DNA from: the human T2T-CHM13v2.0 reference genome, Homo sapiens
Direction: 5' to 3' (one strand)
NCBI RefSeq assembly: GCF_009914755.1
Contig: NC_060937.1
Length of the DNA stretch: 64,000 nt
In this document: positions 12,771 through 26,660 of the stretch, one piece after another
How positions within the stretch are numbered: the stretch's first letter is position 1
Layout of the letters: every line of letters begins with the position of its first letter
Notes under the pieces: model-generated
Databases searched by the model: none
What the model saw: the letters and a program-made list of their open reading frames with translations, nothing else
Told to the model about the DNA's origin: nothing
Made by a program: the position numbers and the translations under genes

Positions 12771-13769
12771 AAAAAGCAATACAAGTTTGATGAATAATCA
12801 AATGAATGAGCAAACTATTTTTCTAATTTCCAGCACATTTACACTACTAATTATGCTGTGAAAGTTGAGGTGACAGCAAATATTTGATACACCTCCATAT
12901 TTAATTCCAAGATATGATTACATAAGACATTAGGTTTAAACTGTAATAAAAATTACACAAAGCCATAATATCATCCTAAAAAATAAACTTTTTGTTTACC
13001 CTAAATTTGTGGACATTATCGTCTTATTTATTGCTAATAAAACTACAATATCCAACCAATTTGCATTATTTCCCAACAAATTATTAGTATCTACTGTAAA
13101 TAAGTGGGAATTTTCAGCGTGCTTTTGTAAACTGAAATTTTCAGTTTTCAGCTTCACATAATTATTGAATGAACATTTTGTAACGTAACAAAATCAGAAA
13201 ATATAGACAAATGAATATTTTTGAACAATTATCTGGAGTTTTAAAAATAGTTTTCATATTTTTAATGCCTTCATAGTTTGCAAAATTTATTACAAAACTA
13301 AGTGGTTACACATACTTTAAAACACTGAAAGTAGTTATGATCCCACACTCTTACAGTAAGATGCTATTATCCTATTAAACTGTAGGTTTACCCACATTTT
13401 AATACATGTTTGCTGATTTAATCATCATTGATAACAAATAAGTTCTAAGTACTCAGTAACCTATTCAAAAGTATTTACAGTGTTCGCTAAGTCAGCAGGA
13501 GACTTTGAAGATGTTTTGCCTCTCTACTTGGAGCAGCCACTTCTGCAAAAGTTGATAGCAGAGAATAATCAAATATGCATTATACAACATCAGAAATGCA
13601 AATAGCACCACTTAAGTACTCTGCTTATAACATAGGTCCCTGAAGAAAAGATGAAAAACAAATTGAAAGCCTTAATAATAAAGTATGATGGGCCATCATT
13701 TATGATTTTATCATGTTTTTCTTAACATACAAATTTGCGCTAATTTAAATCCAACAAATAACGATTGAA

Positions 13770-14290
13770 AAGTATCAGTACCATGGTTCCCTGGCTTCAA
13801 GGAGCTTAAACCCAGAAGTGAGCAACAGAGTTGCAGAACGGTACAGTACATGTAATATTGATTGCTCTCATTGAGATTTCAGCAGATTTTTTTAAAAGAT
13901 ACAGAATGGGAGAAATTATAAAATTGCTGTAAAGGCCTAGCTAATTTAGAAGAAATAGCCTTTGAATCGAATTTGAAGAATGAGTGTTGGATAAGTACAA
14001 ATGTGACATAAGGCATCTTCAGAAATGCAGGACTATAGCCAAATGTCCAAAAAATTAAAAATGTAAATAGCAAGTGGTCTCATGTAGCTATATTTTGAGA
14101 ATCTACAAAATGCTAGTAGACAATAAAAGAAAACAGAAAGTCTAAAGCCTGATCTTACATTTGTATTTTATATTATAAGTTTGGGGCTATATTTTAGAGG
14201 AAATGAAAAATTACTGAATGCTTTAAAAACAGTAAAGTTATTTTCAGATTTGTGTTTTAAAGATGTAACTTTATTCAAACGTGATTGTAC
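13770..14290 (-). mobile_element. L2 fragment
   Basis: ATGGTTCCCTGGCTTCAAGGAGCTTA and TCAGATTTGTGTTTTAAAGAT are typical of reverse-strand L2. Confidence 0.45.
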
Positions 14291-14299
14291 TGCAAGATA

Positions 14300-15250
14300 A
14301 AATAGGTTCATTGCCACTCAATTCACTGGTTTCACTACACTCCATCACCTAGAAGCAGCTTACATGGTGAAACAGCCAAATAAAAGTTTATTTAAGGAAC
14401 CTACACTTTGGAGTTTCTCTATCATGTTACGGTATATTCCTTAAACCAAAGTCTCTTTATAATGGCATCTATGCCATAGACGAAGTATATGGAAATGAAG
14501 GGAAGGAGGTGTGACTGTATTATCACACAATTACAACTATCAATTCACTGGAGGAAATTCTGCTTTGGGTTTTAAGATTTTCAGGTCCTAGTGCATGAGG
14601 GATGAATGCTTCTCTGAGAGAAGCAAATCACGTGTCTGATTAATTAGAAGCTGAGATTGTAACCTGCACATTTTGGGTTCTTCGTCCACTGAATCTGTAG
14701 CAGAGGAGAAGGTTGCTCTGTTAACTTTCTAGAAGAAATTGGCTCACTGCCTCATAATAGGGAAAATAAAATTTTTTCTATCCAGTGCAACTCCCTGAGG
14801 TGCTTTTTAGTTGTCCCTCTCCGATGATCCTAATACAACACCTTCAGAAACTCAAGACAAGACTCACAAGGACTTACATAATGCAGAAGTGAACGTTTGT
14901 TTCTCCACTAACAAAAGGACCCTGTCCAGCTGAGATGCCTGCAGAAGTTAAAGGGAACATGTAGTAGGAAGAAGCTGAACATGTTTAGAATATTAGGCTT
15001 TATGACTAAATATAAAAGAGAGGACTATGGTAGTATGCTTTACATTAATAAATTATTCCATTTTACCAACCCTTTCCCACTACCTTATATAAAGAACACT
15101 GCGTACCTAGTATTTTAGGTTTTAGGAAGAAGTATAATCAAATTAATATCACCTATGATTACATAATAGATTATGAGAGACTGTATTGGGAGTACAAGGT
15201 TTTCACCTTAATAAAGAAAAGGAGTAGATGCTGAGGGCCAAAAGGGTGGA
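14300..15250 (+). mobile_element. ERVL internal 3' remnant (integrase plus dUTPase)
   Basis: CATCACCTAGAAGCAGCT matches HHPEAA of ERVL integrase (~14342). AATTAGAAGCTGAGATTG...CATTTTGGGTTCTTC matches the ERVL dUTPase LNWKLRLPPGHFGLL (~14640-14683). PPT GGCCAAAAGGGTGGA at ~15236. Confidence 0.75.
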
Positions 15251-15700
15251 TAATGTGGATATCATGCATTTGCCTGTCCAGAATTACTCTCCACCATGCT
15301 ATACGTTGCCTCTAGATGTTGACTGTTTTGTATATATTATTTGGCTCCATTGCTTCCTTGCTTCCAGTTAGTGTAAGTCACACGTAAAGTCAAGCAGTAG
15401 ATCTGAGGAAGGGAGGAGTGTACGGATGTGTTATTAATTTCTTCTGTTTATTTCCTTTAGGTTCACTTCGTGGCGGCAGAGTAAAGGCCACAGCTACTGG
15501 AAAATGACTTTCCCTAGCCTCCCCTTCCTGATTTTCATCAATCACATTATCCCCTTGCTCCTTCCAGCTTAGTGGTGGTAAGAAATCATACTCCCTTATA
15601 CATCTTTCCCACTGTTGCTGGCCCTTGTGCTTTATGTCAAGGCACTTTTCCTATACTTGCCTGTAAGTTTTATGGGCTCTGTTAAGTTTGTCCAAGACTG
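15251..15700 (+). mobile_element. LTR33-like 3' LTR
   Basis: TGTGGATATC...TTTGCCTGTCCAGAATTACTCTCCACC follows the PPT; AAAGGCCACAGCT and CCCCTTGCTCCTTCCAGCTTAG are LTR33-like. Confidence 0.65.
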
Positions 15701-18700
15701 TTCTTACTAGCTTTTGGTTTGTTTCTTTATAAAATAATAAAATTGATTTATGTGATCTGTCAATTGAACAAGTTAGGATCGTTAGATATTAAATTTTGTC
15801 TAATTCGTTGTGCTGCCAATAGTTAGTTAAGGAACTGGCAATCTGTTAAATCTCAATATATATCAACTGGAATTGTTTTTAGCCACAAAATCTTTCTGTG
15901 TTCTTTTTCAAAAACTCAAAGTGTGACATGCAAATATGAATTTGATTCTGTGATACACTAATCAGTATTAGAAAAAAATGTAGTGTACTTGCATGTTATA
16001 TTTATCACAATGTGACTGAATTTAAACTAATATTTTTATCATAAATTGTGTGGAAGAAATGTTTCATGATTTGCTGGTATTTCAAATTTGGAAACTAATA
16101 TTATTAAATTGTGGAAGGTCCACAGAGAGTTATTCATTGTATTTGGCCTTTTATTTATATTATATTAATATATTAGACTTATTACCTATGTTAATTTATC
16201 AAAGAATATTAAAGAGAAACTTTAAAAGAAATTAAAACAAAATAGAAGTAAATATAATAGTTTGTAAAATCAACAAACATTATTTTTAAATAAAGCCCAT
16301 CCAATGTCAGGGTTCAGTTAGTATAAATACTATCTATACTTGAGGTGTCCTAAGTTCAGTCTACTAATTAATCACTGTAACTGTTGAGTTAGTTGAGTAT
16401 ATTTAGAAAGAAAAAACAGAAAGACATAAAGATGCTAATATATGCCGAAATAATATTTTGAAGTACAAGTTTATTTTGCTTTTAATATGAAGTAGAGCTC
16501 TTTTTGTTGAAAAGTAAATCTCCAAATAACAATTTCTCTTCTTAATTTTAAAATTAATTCAACATTATTTCTTAGAAGTTCATCATATAATTAAAAATAA
16601 GTATTACTATGTACTCATGATAGTGTTTCATATATTTTCATAAATATGTTAATTTCTATATAAAGAAAGTATGCAACTTTAACAACACGTCTGTAATATG
16701 TCACAAATAAGACAGTGCTATTATATGTGCTTATATATACATACTCTGATATGTTTGCTCTTTTCTATCTGTGACAAAATTTTATGACATCCCTCATTAT
16801 CTATTATTGAATATAGTTTGTGGGCTAGAAATGAGTAAATAATTCAACAATCCACTTGTTCCTTCTGTAAATACGCAGGAGAAACTGCCTAGTTGTCCTT
16901 TGAGCTAGACACTATCACAAGCTTATAAACACTATGTTTTCACTTTTCCCTATTATTTCCCCAATGTGTAGTGTATGAAATTGGGCTGATATCACATGAG
17001 AAATAGAATAATCTGAACTGACATAATAAAAACATACCGTGAAAATATAAATTATTCTATTATTAAGTAGGGATATAAAATATACATGAAGAAATCTTTT
17101 ATTATTTGATTTCAAAATAACTTTTTGTTGGTGTATATTGTGCATTTCTGTAACATCTCAACGGGATTCTCTTTAAAACAAATTCCAAGAATGCCGTTCT
17201 GGCATATGCAACTCTGAAAGCTAATTTCCAGAACAACAGTCTTGCAAAATTCCCCTCAGAAATATCTCTGAATAAAAGCAAATGGATGGATGTATACTTT
17301 CCATGCAATCCGAGATCAAATGAATTTGCTGCCGAGAATTGAAGGAACTTGACTATTGTCATTTTTTTCTGTTCATATTATTCTGTATTGGTAAGTTTTT
17401 GCTGTCCCCTGAATGTGAGCTTCTCAGTGAAGTTTTTATAGAATTGGTTCTCTTGTTTCCCCATTATGCATATTATGTAATAGTCATAAACTTTCAGGCA
17501 AATTTTTATTTTTTATTTTTAAAATTTTCAGCGATTTAATTCAGCTTTTCATTTCTGCCATAGAGCTATAATTCATACATTCTTTTTAATTAACTGTTTG
17601 CTTATTGGCCTAGCAATAGACCCTTAGAATTTCAACAGGTTCTGCATATAGTACACCATCAATACATTTAATAAATAAATAGATGACATTATTACACGTA
17701 TAGCTAATTGTCAAATAACTTGTATTACAAATTGACTTGTATCACCCATCAAAATTTTTGAGTCCTAATTCCAACACTCTGATATTTCAGAAACAACAAC
17801 AAAAGCTATCTTTAAAAAATTATACAACTCACCAGAAGACCTTTTTTTTTAACAATTCAGTTTCCCCAGCATAGTTATTTTGAATTCTTTAAAAGTTTAT
17901 AGTATTCTTTTAATTTTAATTCATTCTCTTTCAGATTATGGAACTTCTAAAAATAATCAAAATAGTTATCTTTTTATATGAATAAGCAATCTGTTACATT
18001 TTGTGGAGATTCACCTTTAATTTCAATGATACTAGTAAGACCTTCAAAATAAAAAATAAGTCTCAATCGAGTGGGATTATTATTAGTATTTTTTGATAAA
18101 ATGGAATGCAGCACTAAGATATTTCTGTTAACCCTCCCACCTTTTTATGTCCCATGGGATTCATCCAAGTTTGAATTTAATTTTTAAACCAATAGAAAAA
18201 ACATATATAGATAGACTCTAGAGAAATGAGCAAAAATAATATAGATGCACAGTAAATATGACCTTTCATTGTTTTTTATTGTGTGTATTTAAGGTATACA
18301 AAATGTTTTGAAATAAATATATAAAGAGAAATGATTACTACAGTCGAGCAAATTAACACATTCATCACCTAACAGCTACATTTTATTTTCCTTTACTTTT
18401 GGTCGTAACAGCACCTAAAATCTAATCCTTTAGCAAATGCTCTACAAAACAATATTATTAACTACCGTCTCCACGCTGTACCTTAGATTTCTAGACTTAT
18501 TCATCCTACAGAACTGAAAGTCTGTACCCTATTTCCCACTTCTTCCCACTTCATATCCTTTCCTGCTTCTGACAACCACTACTTTACTATCAAGTTCTAT
18601 ATATTCATGTTTTTTAGATTCAGCACATAAATGAGATCATGCAGTATTTTTTACTCTGTGCATGGTTTATTTCACTATTTCACTTAGCATAATGTTCTCC

Positions 18701-19049
18701 AGGCTCATCCATGTTGCTGCAAATGAAACTTTTTAAAGTCTCTATAATATTCCATGGTCAATACAGCACAATTTCTTTATCTAGTCATTTATTGATGGTC
18801 ACTTAGGTTGTTTCCACATCTTAGTTATTGTGAATGAACATGAGAGCGCAGATGTCACTATGACATACTGAATTCATTTCCTTTGGGTATATAACCGGAA
18901 GAAAGATTGATGGAGGATATCGTAGTTCTATTTTTAAATTTTTTTTGAGGAAACTTCATACTCTTTCCCACAACGACCGGACCAATATACTTGGCCATTT
19001 TTATGTCTTCTTTGGGAAAATGTGTCTACTCATGTTCTTTGCTCAATTT

Positions 19050-19393
19050 TTCTTTTCTTTCTTTCTTTCATTATTTATTTGTATTTATTTATTTATTTAT
19101 TTATTTATTTGAGACGGAGTCTTGCTCTGTCGCCCAGGCTGGAGTGCAGTGGCCTGATCTCAGCTCACTGCAAGCTCCGCCTCCCAGATTCACGCCATCC
19201 TCCTGCCTGAGCCTCCTGAGTAGCTGGGACTACAGGCGCCCACCACCATGCCTGGCTCATTTTTTTTGTATTTTTAGTAGAGACAGGGTTTCACAGTGTT
19301 AGCCAGGATGGTCTCGATATCCTGACCTCATGATCCACCTGTCTCAGCCTTCCAAAGTGCTGGGATTACAGGCGTGAGCTACTGTGCCTGGCC
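19050..19393 (-). mobile_element. AluY-like full-length element with (TTTA)n/(TTTC)n tail
   Basis: Diagnostic GCAAGCTCCGCCTCCC..TTCACGCCAT and TTAGCCAGGATGGTCTCGAT; ends CCTGGCC. Confidence 0.95.
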
Positions 19394-19520
19394 TTTTTTA
19401 TTTTTTTAAGTTATAGGGTTTTTATGTCATTCAGGCTGGCCTCAAACTCCTAGGGTCAAATTATCCTGCCTCAGCCTCTTGAGTAGCTGGGGTTACACAT
19501 GGGTGCCACTGTACTTGGGC
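19394..19520 (-). mobile_element. FLAM-like Alu monomer
   Basis: CAGGCTGGCCTCAAACTCCTAGGGTCAAA...CCTGCCTCAGCCTC..GAGTAGCTGGG..TACA, single arm. Confidence 0.75.
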
Positions 19521-21559
19521 ACTTAGGTCCTTGACTCATTTTTTTTTTGCTATTGAGTGTGTGAAGTTTTTTTATATCATAGATATTAACCCCTTATCAG
19601 ATACGTGGTTTGCAAATACTTTCTCTTCATCCATATGTTGCCTTCTCATTTTACTGATTGTTTCCTTTGCTGTGCAGAAGCTTTTTAGGTTGATGTAGTC
19701 CCACTTGTTAATTTTTCTTTTTATTGCCTGAGCTTTTGTTGTGATATCCAAAGTTTCATTGCAAGGGCCAATGTCAAGGAGCTTTTCCTTTAGGTTTACT
19801 TCTAGGGGATTAATTTCAGGTCTTAAGTTTAGATCTTTAATTTACTTCTAGTTGATTTTTGTGTATAGTATAAGTTTTATTCTTCTGCTTTTGGATTTTC
19901 AGTTTTCCCATTTTGTTGGAGAAATTTTTTTCATTTTTGTTGGAGAAACTTTCCCCATTGTGTCTTCTTGGTCACCTTTTGATAATTAATTGACTGTAAG
20001 TGCTTTAATTTATCTATTCTTTAAGTGTACACTATGAGGATAAAGATAATAGACAAACCAAAAGTGACTTTCTACTAGCATTAAACTTTAAAGTGACATT
20101 AATCCATAGCTTTAGAAATAGAAGCCACCCCAAAACAAAAGATTGCATTATGAACAAAATATGCAATATTTTGTGGCATTTTGTTTTTAAAATCATGTTG
20201 CACATTCATAGAAAAACAATGAAGACCTAAAATAGATCTTTAACATATGTACAAATGAGCAAAATGGCATCTCAGTTTTTCTGCTAACTGCAAAGCACAG
20301 CAACATCACCACTGGGTCTGAAGGGTGAAGTTAAAGCCTCCGTTTCCTAAATGCTTTCTCAGTTGCTTCTAAAAAAAATTCCTTACCCTATCACATTTAC
20401 ATGTACATCTTTACAGCCACAATTCTGCCTCAGGCACATTCTGGTGTCAGAGGCTACCATCTGGTAGGTGGTTGTGTGTAGTAAATGAGTTTTAACAGGA
20501 CCAATTGTGCTGGTTTCCTCCAGAGGGAAGAACCCCTAACTGAAAACTCAGTACAGCATTGCACTTTGCAGGAGAGTCTACCCTACCTATCTGCTATGTA
20601 CTCAGTTGCCACCAGCTGTTTTATGCACTCTTAGCTCCCCAGCTGAGACAATTAAAGGAACGGGATTTGGCATTCTGTATAAATATGAGATATGACTCTG
20701 GAGCTGTTTTCACATTGGCAGAACATAGGGCAAAAAACAAGGCTTTGCTCCAGAATAGACTTTTTAATCTTATGGGCAATGATCAAGAAATGAAAAAGTC
20801 AGATGCTGAGATGATAATGAGGGAAAATATGAAAGCCTGGTTATCAGCAAAATATTGTAAATTAAATTAAGCATAGGGAAGTAGCAGCATCCTTCCCTAT
20901 AAAACAGGCTAGCAGAGAAGATGCTAAATGTTTGGATGAGGACAGCAATCTGGGTATTTTGCATTGTGTGCTGCTTTTTCTGTACTCTGTATCTAGCTAA
21001 GCATGAGCCGTTGTAGCTACATATCACTTCTGCTTATGTAGTCTATTGGAGTGTTGAGTCCGAAATCCTGTAAAATTAATAGCATGGGGGAAAGACATTT
21101 TTAAAATGATAAATGGGGTAAAGATGTGTTCTTTAATGGAGCTAGTGTTAGATTTTAAAATGTTACTTCCTAACTAAAGAAAAAAAATGTGGTTGGTGAT
21201 GTTTTAGTTGCAATCATGTTATACAATGAAGTTTCCACCTTTATAATTTGTTTTCTGCATAGAAAATCTGTAGATAACACCAAGATACTAATTATTGTGC
21301 TCATTCATGTTGGCCTATGCTTTTTTCTTACTTAGCTTTAAATTTCCAATAATCAATATGCTATTTTTATAGGAAAATATTAAATAGAAATTAGAATTTT
21401 CTCTTTTTCATGTCACATAAAAACAGTGATTGAAAATGTTTTAAGAAGGCTTATAGGTTTGTTTCTAGAGCATAAATTGCATTAATATGTAGACAGTTCC
21501 AAAAGCTGTATTTTCTACGGGGACTTCCCGTTCAAACACTAGTCTCCTATCAATAATTA

Positions 21560-22500
21560 CTTACTTGACGGCTCAACAAGAAAAACATCTCAAAACTGAA
21601 AAAGCCGAAACAGAAATATTGATTCTGCCATCACTTAAATTAAACCTCCACCTGTTTCTCAGTTTTGTAAAAGGCAGCGCTAGCATTAAAATGTTTAAGG
21701 AAACACTAGCAGCAACTGTCAAACCTAATTTAATTGTGCTGCCCTTGATACTTCACTTTTCTCAATCACACACTCCCAAACTTATTTAATCAGAAAATAT
21801 ATTTTAGTATGTTCAAACACATATGGACTCTGACCATGTCCTTACATATGTCCTATCATCCTAATAAAAGCCACCACCACCTCTCACAGGGTTTACCGTA
21901 ATAAAGAAAAAAAGAAAGGAAGGAAGAAAAGAAGGAAGAAACGAAGATGAGAAGGAGGATGAGAGAAATGAAAGTCAAAACTCCTTACCCTCTTTATGAA
22001 AGCCTTATTTGATCTGGCCCCAACCATAGATCCCATCACACTTTTATCTTACCTTCCATGCTGATCCCAAATTGTAGCAGTAATTTTGAAATATGACAAA
22101 CTCTTAGGAACTTAAGAGTCTGCAAAATAGGTATTCTGATTTCCTGGAATATACCTCTTCCTTTTTCTATGATTTCAAATTTCTGTTTAAATGTCATCTT
22201 TCTGCCTATGCAATCTAAAGAAATTTTAAAAATCACTATCTCAAAAGAAAATCACTACCACGTCACTTAATTCCCTACATAGTGCTTAGTGCTATCTCGC
22301 ATATGACACACATACACATGCACCTGTATACATATATAATTTGTCTGTATCTCCATATTAACATATAAGCTCTTTAAGAGCACCACATCAAGTGCTTTAA
22401 TTGCATTAAGTACAAATGAATCCTGGCCATGTAAAACAGTGACTGGTAAATAATATTCATTAAGTAATTACTTGTTTAATAAGCAAATGAATTGATAAGA
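21560..22500 (+). mobile_element. L2 fragments, with a purine-rich (GAAG)n-like tract at 21904-21970
   Basis: CATCTCAAAAC...AAAGCCGAAACAGAA, and a degenerate tail CTTGTTTAATAAGCAAATGAAT. Confidence 0.55.
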
Positions 22501-24333
22501 TTGAATATTAATTATTCTAATATTTTAGAATTTTATATAATTGGAGTAACCAGACTAATTCCATTAAATTTCACTTTAAGTTTCAACTCAAGCCAACCAT
22601 ATCTGGAAGAGATTCTTTTTTAAAGAATATTGGAAAAATGTACTCATTTAACAATATTTTACAACTTCTAGTACTGATGAATTATTTTAAACATACTTTA
22701 TTGCATTCACTGAAAATAAGGTAGCCAAATTACATTCTCATAAATACAATGTATCAAAATATTTAAATATTTGCTTGAATATCCATATTATTAGCTTCTT
22801 ACAACCAAAGTTGGTTTCAAAATCCCTTTTGCTTTAATATTTTCTTCTGGCTAACATTCATCAAGTGTTCTTATACATTGTACTAGCACATATTTTGCAT
22901 TTATCAGAGTTCTATGTTTTTTCCTAAATAGATTTGCAGGGCTAGAAACAACTAGAGATTAAATAGCAACGTGAAGGTATTGTAGAATAAAATGAAAAGT
23001 GGCCACCCACAATCAGAATTGATAAATTTAAATTATGTCACCTAAATGCAAACTACTAGTAAATATGCTAGTGTATCACAAACAGAAATTAATTCAAATA
23101 CGTTCTTCTAGAAGATACTTGGCAAACATTGGATGTGATTTTCCTATGACTACCTGTCTTCAGAAACTAAGTGTAAGTTTGAATTCTCTGCTCTCTATAT
23201 GGCTTAGCTTTTTCTATCAGGGCAATGCCAATGACATGTATTTCATGATATAAAGATGATGAACATTATGAGTTATTTTATATAGTGCTCTCAATCTTTA
23301 TTGATATAAAAACACATTAGTTCTAAAGCTTATCCGCAACTCAGGGCAATTAAGTGGATCTTCCTACAGTTTTAAATGAAGTATTTCTGGCAATTAGCAG
23401 ATAGAAAATGATTTTTTTAAGATGCAGTGACAGCAGTAGAGGACAAATCCCTTAATGCTATGAGAAAGCAACAGTGTGCATGTAGTAATTTTTTAAATGG
23501 CATTAATACTGTTAATCATTTTGACCTATCTTCATTGACCTTCATAGTTATACTATCTAAAATTGTTATCCAATTGTTAAATTTTGTTGCTGTGAATTGC
23601 TCAAAAAGTAAGCTAGATGGTGCTAGAGAACACCATTCCATTTACTATGTGATAATATTTATAACCTATTTCTTGTTGATAAGAATGACTGAAAATGTTG
23701 AGACCCATTACATTAATCTGAAATTTAGTATCACACTATAAATTTAACATAAAGGATTTATAAAGATATCAAACTCAATAAAGGTACAAGATTAAGAGGA
23801 AGTATATATTCATAAGCTTATACTAAAGTATAAGATATCACAATCCCAAAATTATAGAAAGTCTATAATAAATTTTTATGGCAAATAATTACTATTATTT
23901 TAATAAATCTACGGCACATGCATATTTTTATCCTTTTGGGATAACTTTTTTTTCTTGCAGATGTTAAAAACTGGGTGATACGGTTTAAATTGCTAAACTA
24001 CAACTGAGTTATGCCAAATATCTATTTAGATCTTATCTAGAGCTCATCTTAATATTGCTATTAACATCACTTACACTCATTTCTTAAGGAAAACTAATGT
24101 TCGAATTAAAAATAACATTTTTTTAAACAAAAGGAGTCCCTTTTGGTTTAAATCAGATTTGTGTAAATAAACTAATCAATTCAAAGTTTATATGCAGAGT
24201 TATGCCTATCAAACTTTTTCCCTTACATATTTTATATATCATTTATAATGTCATTAAATTTTCTTTCATTATCTAATAAGAAAATTTCCAAAATATGGTG
24301 CAAAGAAAATTTAGAAAGATTTTTAGAGGTTGG

Positions 24334-24700
24334 TGTATTAGTTTACCAGGGCTGCCATACAAAATACCACAGACTGGATGCCTTAAGCAACAGATATTAA
24401 TTTTTCCACTTTTCCGAAGGCTAGAAATCCAAGATCAAAGTATTGCCAGGATTGGTTTCTAGGGAGACCACACTTTTTGGCTTGTAGATATCTTCTCATT
24501 GTGTCCCTCTGTGGCCTTTTTCTCTGATGACACAGAGAGCTCTCTGGAGTCTCATCCATGTCTTATAAAGACACCCATCCTGTGGGATTAGGATCCCACT
24601 CACATGACCTCATTTAACCTCCTTAAAGGTTCTATCTCCATATGCGGTTAAATTAGCTGTTAGAGGTTCAATATATGAATTCTGGCAAGACACAGTTCAG
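24334..24700 (-). mobile_element. MaLR solo LTR (MLT1A/MLT1B-like)
   Basis: TGTATTAGTTT..CAGGGCTGCCATA.AAAATACCACAGACTGG...ATGACCTCATTTAACCT...TTCAATATATGAATT. Confidence 0.88.
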
Positions 24701-25741
24701 ACGAAAATGGATGCTTTTGAGTCATCCTTGAGTCCTGATGTTAGGACTGATGTTTAATCTCTTCTGATTGAGCTCTTACTTACTCAGGTTCAACTGGTCT
24801 CTACCAGTCAACACGGATTTCCAGCAAAATTTCTTCTCTGGAGGGTCATGGACTGTACACAGCTTCCTTTCTCGTGTTCTTCCTGTACTACTTTCTGATC
24901 TTAATGACAGGCCTATTAGGACCTACCCATTTTGTTAGCATGTTGCTGTCCTTGCAGAACTGAGAAAACCTGTCTCTGTGACGGTGCTCTTAATTCTTTC
25001 TTTCCAATTATAATTTCTCATCTACTTCTAATCCAAGGCATGGGATACCCTGTAGTTCAGATGCCATGAGTAATGTGGGCACAAGGAACTTTCCAAACTA
25101 CATCTTGAGAAACATGAGGAAAGCTACATTGCATGAGAAGTTTCCCAAACCTAATGAGTGATCCAATTGCCCTTTAATCTGAATTATGATACTACAGTGA
25201 AGAGAACCAACATAATTTTTACTGACCTTTTGTCTCTATTCTCACTCCTTGCTTCTTTCCTTTTCCTACATAAACTTAAGGGCATTATATTTCCTCTTCA
25301 AATGTTGGCTGTTTCTTTAGTCATTATCTCTTTCTTGCCTGTGCTATTGTTTATTTGAAACCATATTCCCTTTTCCCAGACACTGAGACTCATCTGCTCA
25401 TCTTTATTGGAGAATATATCTGGTAAAAAATAAGGGTTGTCAAGAAGGTAAGTACACTGTGGTGTAGATGGTGGATTCAAAACATATTATGTTGAGTATC
25501 AATCTTAAAGTATAGTATAGCAGACAATTACTACTAAACGTTTGCTTTATTTTTTCATTAAGTTTAAGCCCTATTCAATTTTAATTGAATACATTATGCT
25601 AAATTTTCTCATAATACTCTTATCCTACTATTTTTATGTTTTTTTATAATATCTGGTCTTACCAAATTTCTCACTGCCTAGATTAACATTTTTAGAGGAT
25701 AAAAACTAAGTAGATCCTGCACACTTATTCTTGCATTATTA

Positions 25742-26660
25742 AATTTTTCTTTTGAAATAATTATAGGTTCATAGGAAGTTTTAAAAATGTACAGGGAGGC
25801 GTTTTCTACCCTTCACCCAGTGTCCCGCAGTGGTACCACATTGAATAATTACAGATAATGCCAAAACAAGAGAATTGATATTGGTTCCACAGAGCTTATT
25901 TACATTTAATCAGTTTTTACATATATTACTATGCATAGGTAGTGCAATGCAACTTTTTACATGCATAGATGTATGCATTCACCACCACAATTGAAGATAA
26001 AGGACTGTTCCATTACCTCAGGGATCTCTTGTGCTATACCTTTATGGCCAAACTCACCCTTCTCTTAAGAGAGGTCCCAATCTCTTAACTCCTGGCAACT
26101 ACTAATTTGTTATTCATGTCTACAATTGCAGTATTAGAAGAACATATATAAATTTAATTACATAATATGTAACTGTTTGTGATTTTCTTTTTTCAATAAG
26201 TATAATTCTCTGGAGATCCACTCAAGTGATGAAATGCATCAATAGTGTGTTCCTTTTTATTGTTGAGTAGTATTCATTGGTCTGTATGTGGAGTTTGTTT
26301 AACCTTTGGCCATTTAAGGACATCTAGGTTGTTTTAAAGTTTTGGCAATTATTAATAAAGCTTCTATGAAAGTTTTTGTACAAGTTTTTGTGTGAACACA
26401 TGGTTTTATTTCTCCTAGATAAGTGATAAAGTGTGCAACTGCCAGGTGATAGTCCAAATGCATAGAGTTTTAAGAAACTGCCAAACTGCTTTTCGGAGTG
26501 GCTGAACCATCTTCTATTTTCACAAGCAATGAATGAATAATCAACTTTGTCCTCATCATTACCATCATCTGCATTTGTTGTACATTTTTTAATTTAGCCA
26601 TTCTGATAGGTATCTGATAGTTTTATTTTCACTTCTTAATGATGTCACTGATCATTATTT
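25742..26660 (-). mobile_element. Old L1 3' end (L1MC/MD-like)
   Basis: TTTTGAAATAATTATAGGTTCATAGGAAGTT...AAGAAACTGCCAAACTG...TTTAGCCATTCTGATAGG. Confidence 0.85.

Larger units (their letters stand above)
18272..20020 (-). mobile_element. L1MA-type 3' fragment (3' UTR and end of ORF2), interrupted by Alu and FLAM
   Basis: TTTTATTGTGTGTATTTAAGGTATACAA 3' end, GAGATCATGCAGTATTT, TTGCTGTGCAGAAGCTTTTTAG. Confidence 0.9.

Noticed and set aside
18991-19302. Alu-derived ORFs (also 30310-30699, 31763-31999, 49121-49381, 61358-61601)
   Set aside because: Standard antisense Alu translations with no evidence of exonisation.
23940-23990. Strong-looking splice acceptor TTTTTTTCTTGCAG|ATG
   Set aside because: No convincing donor or coding frame follows, and such motifs are common in T-rich DNA.
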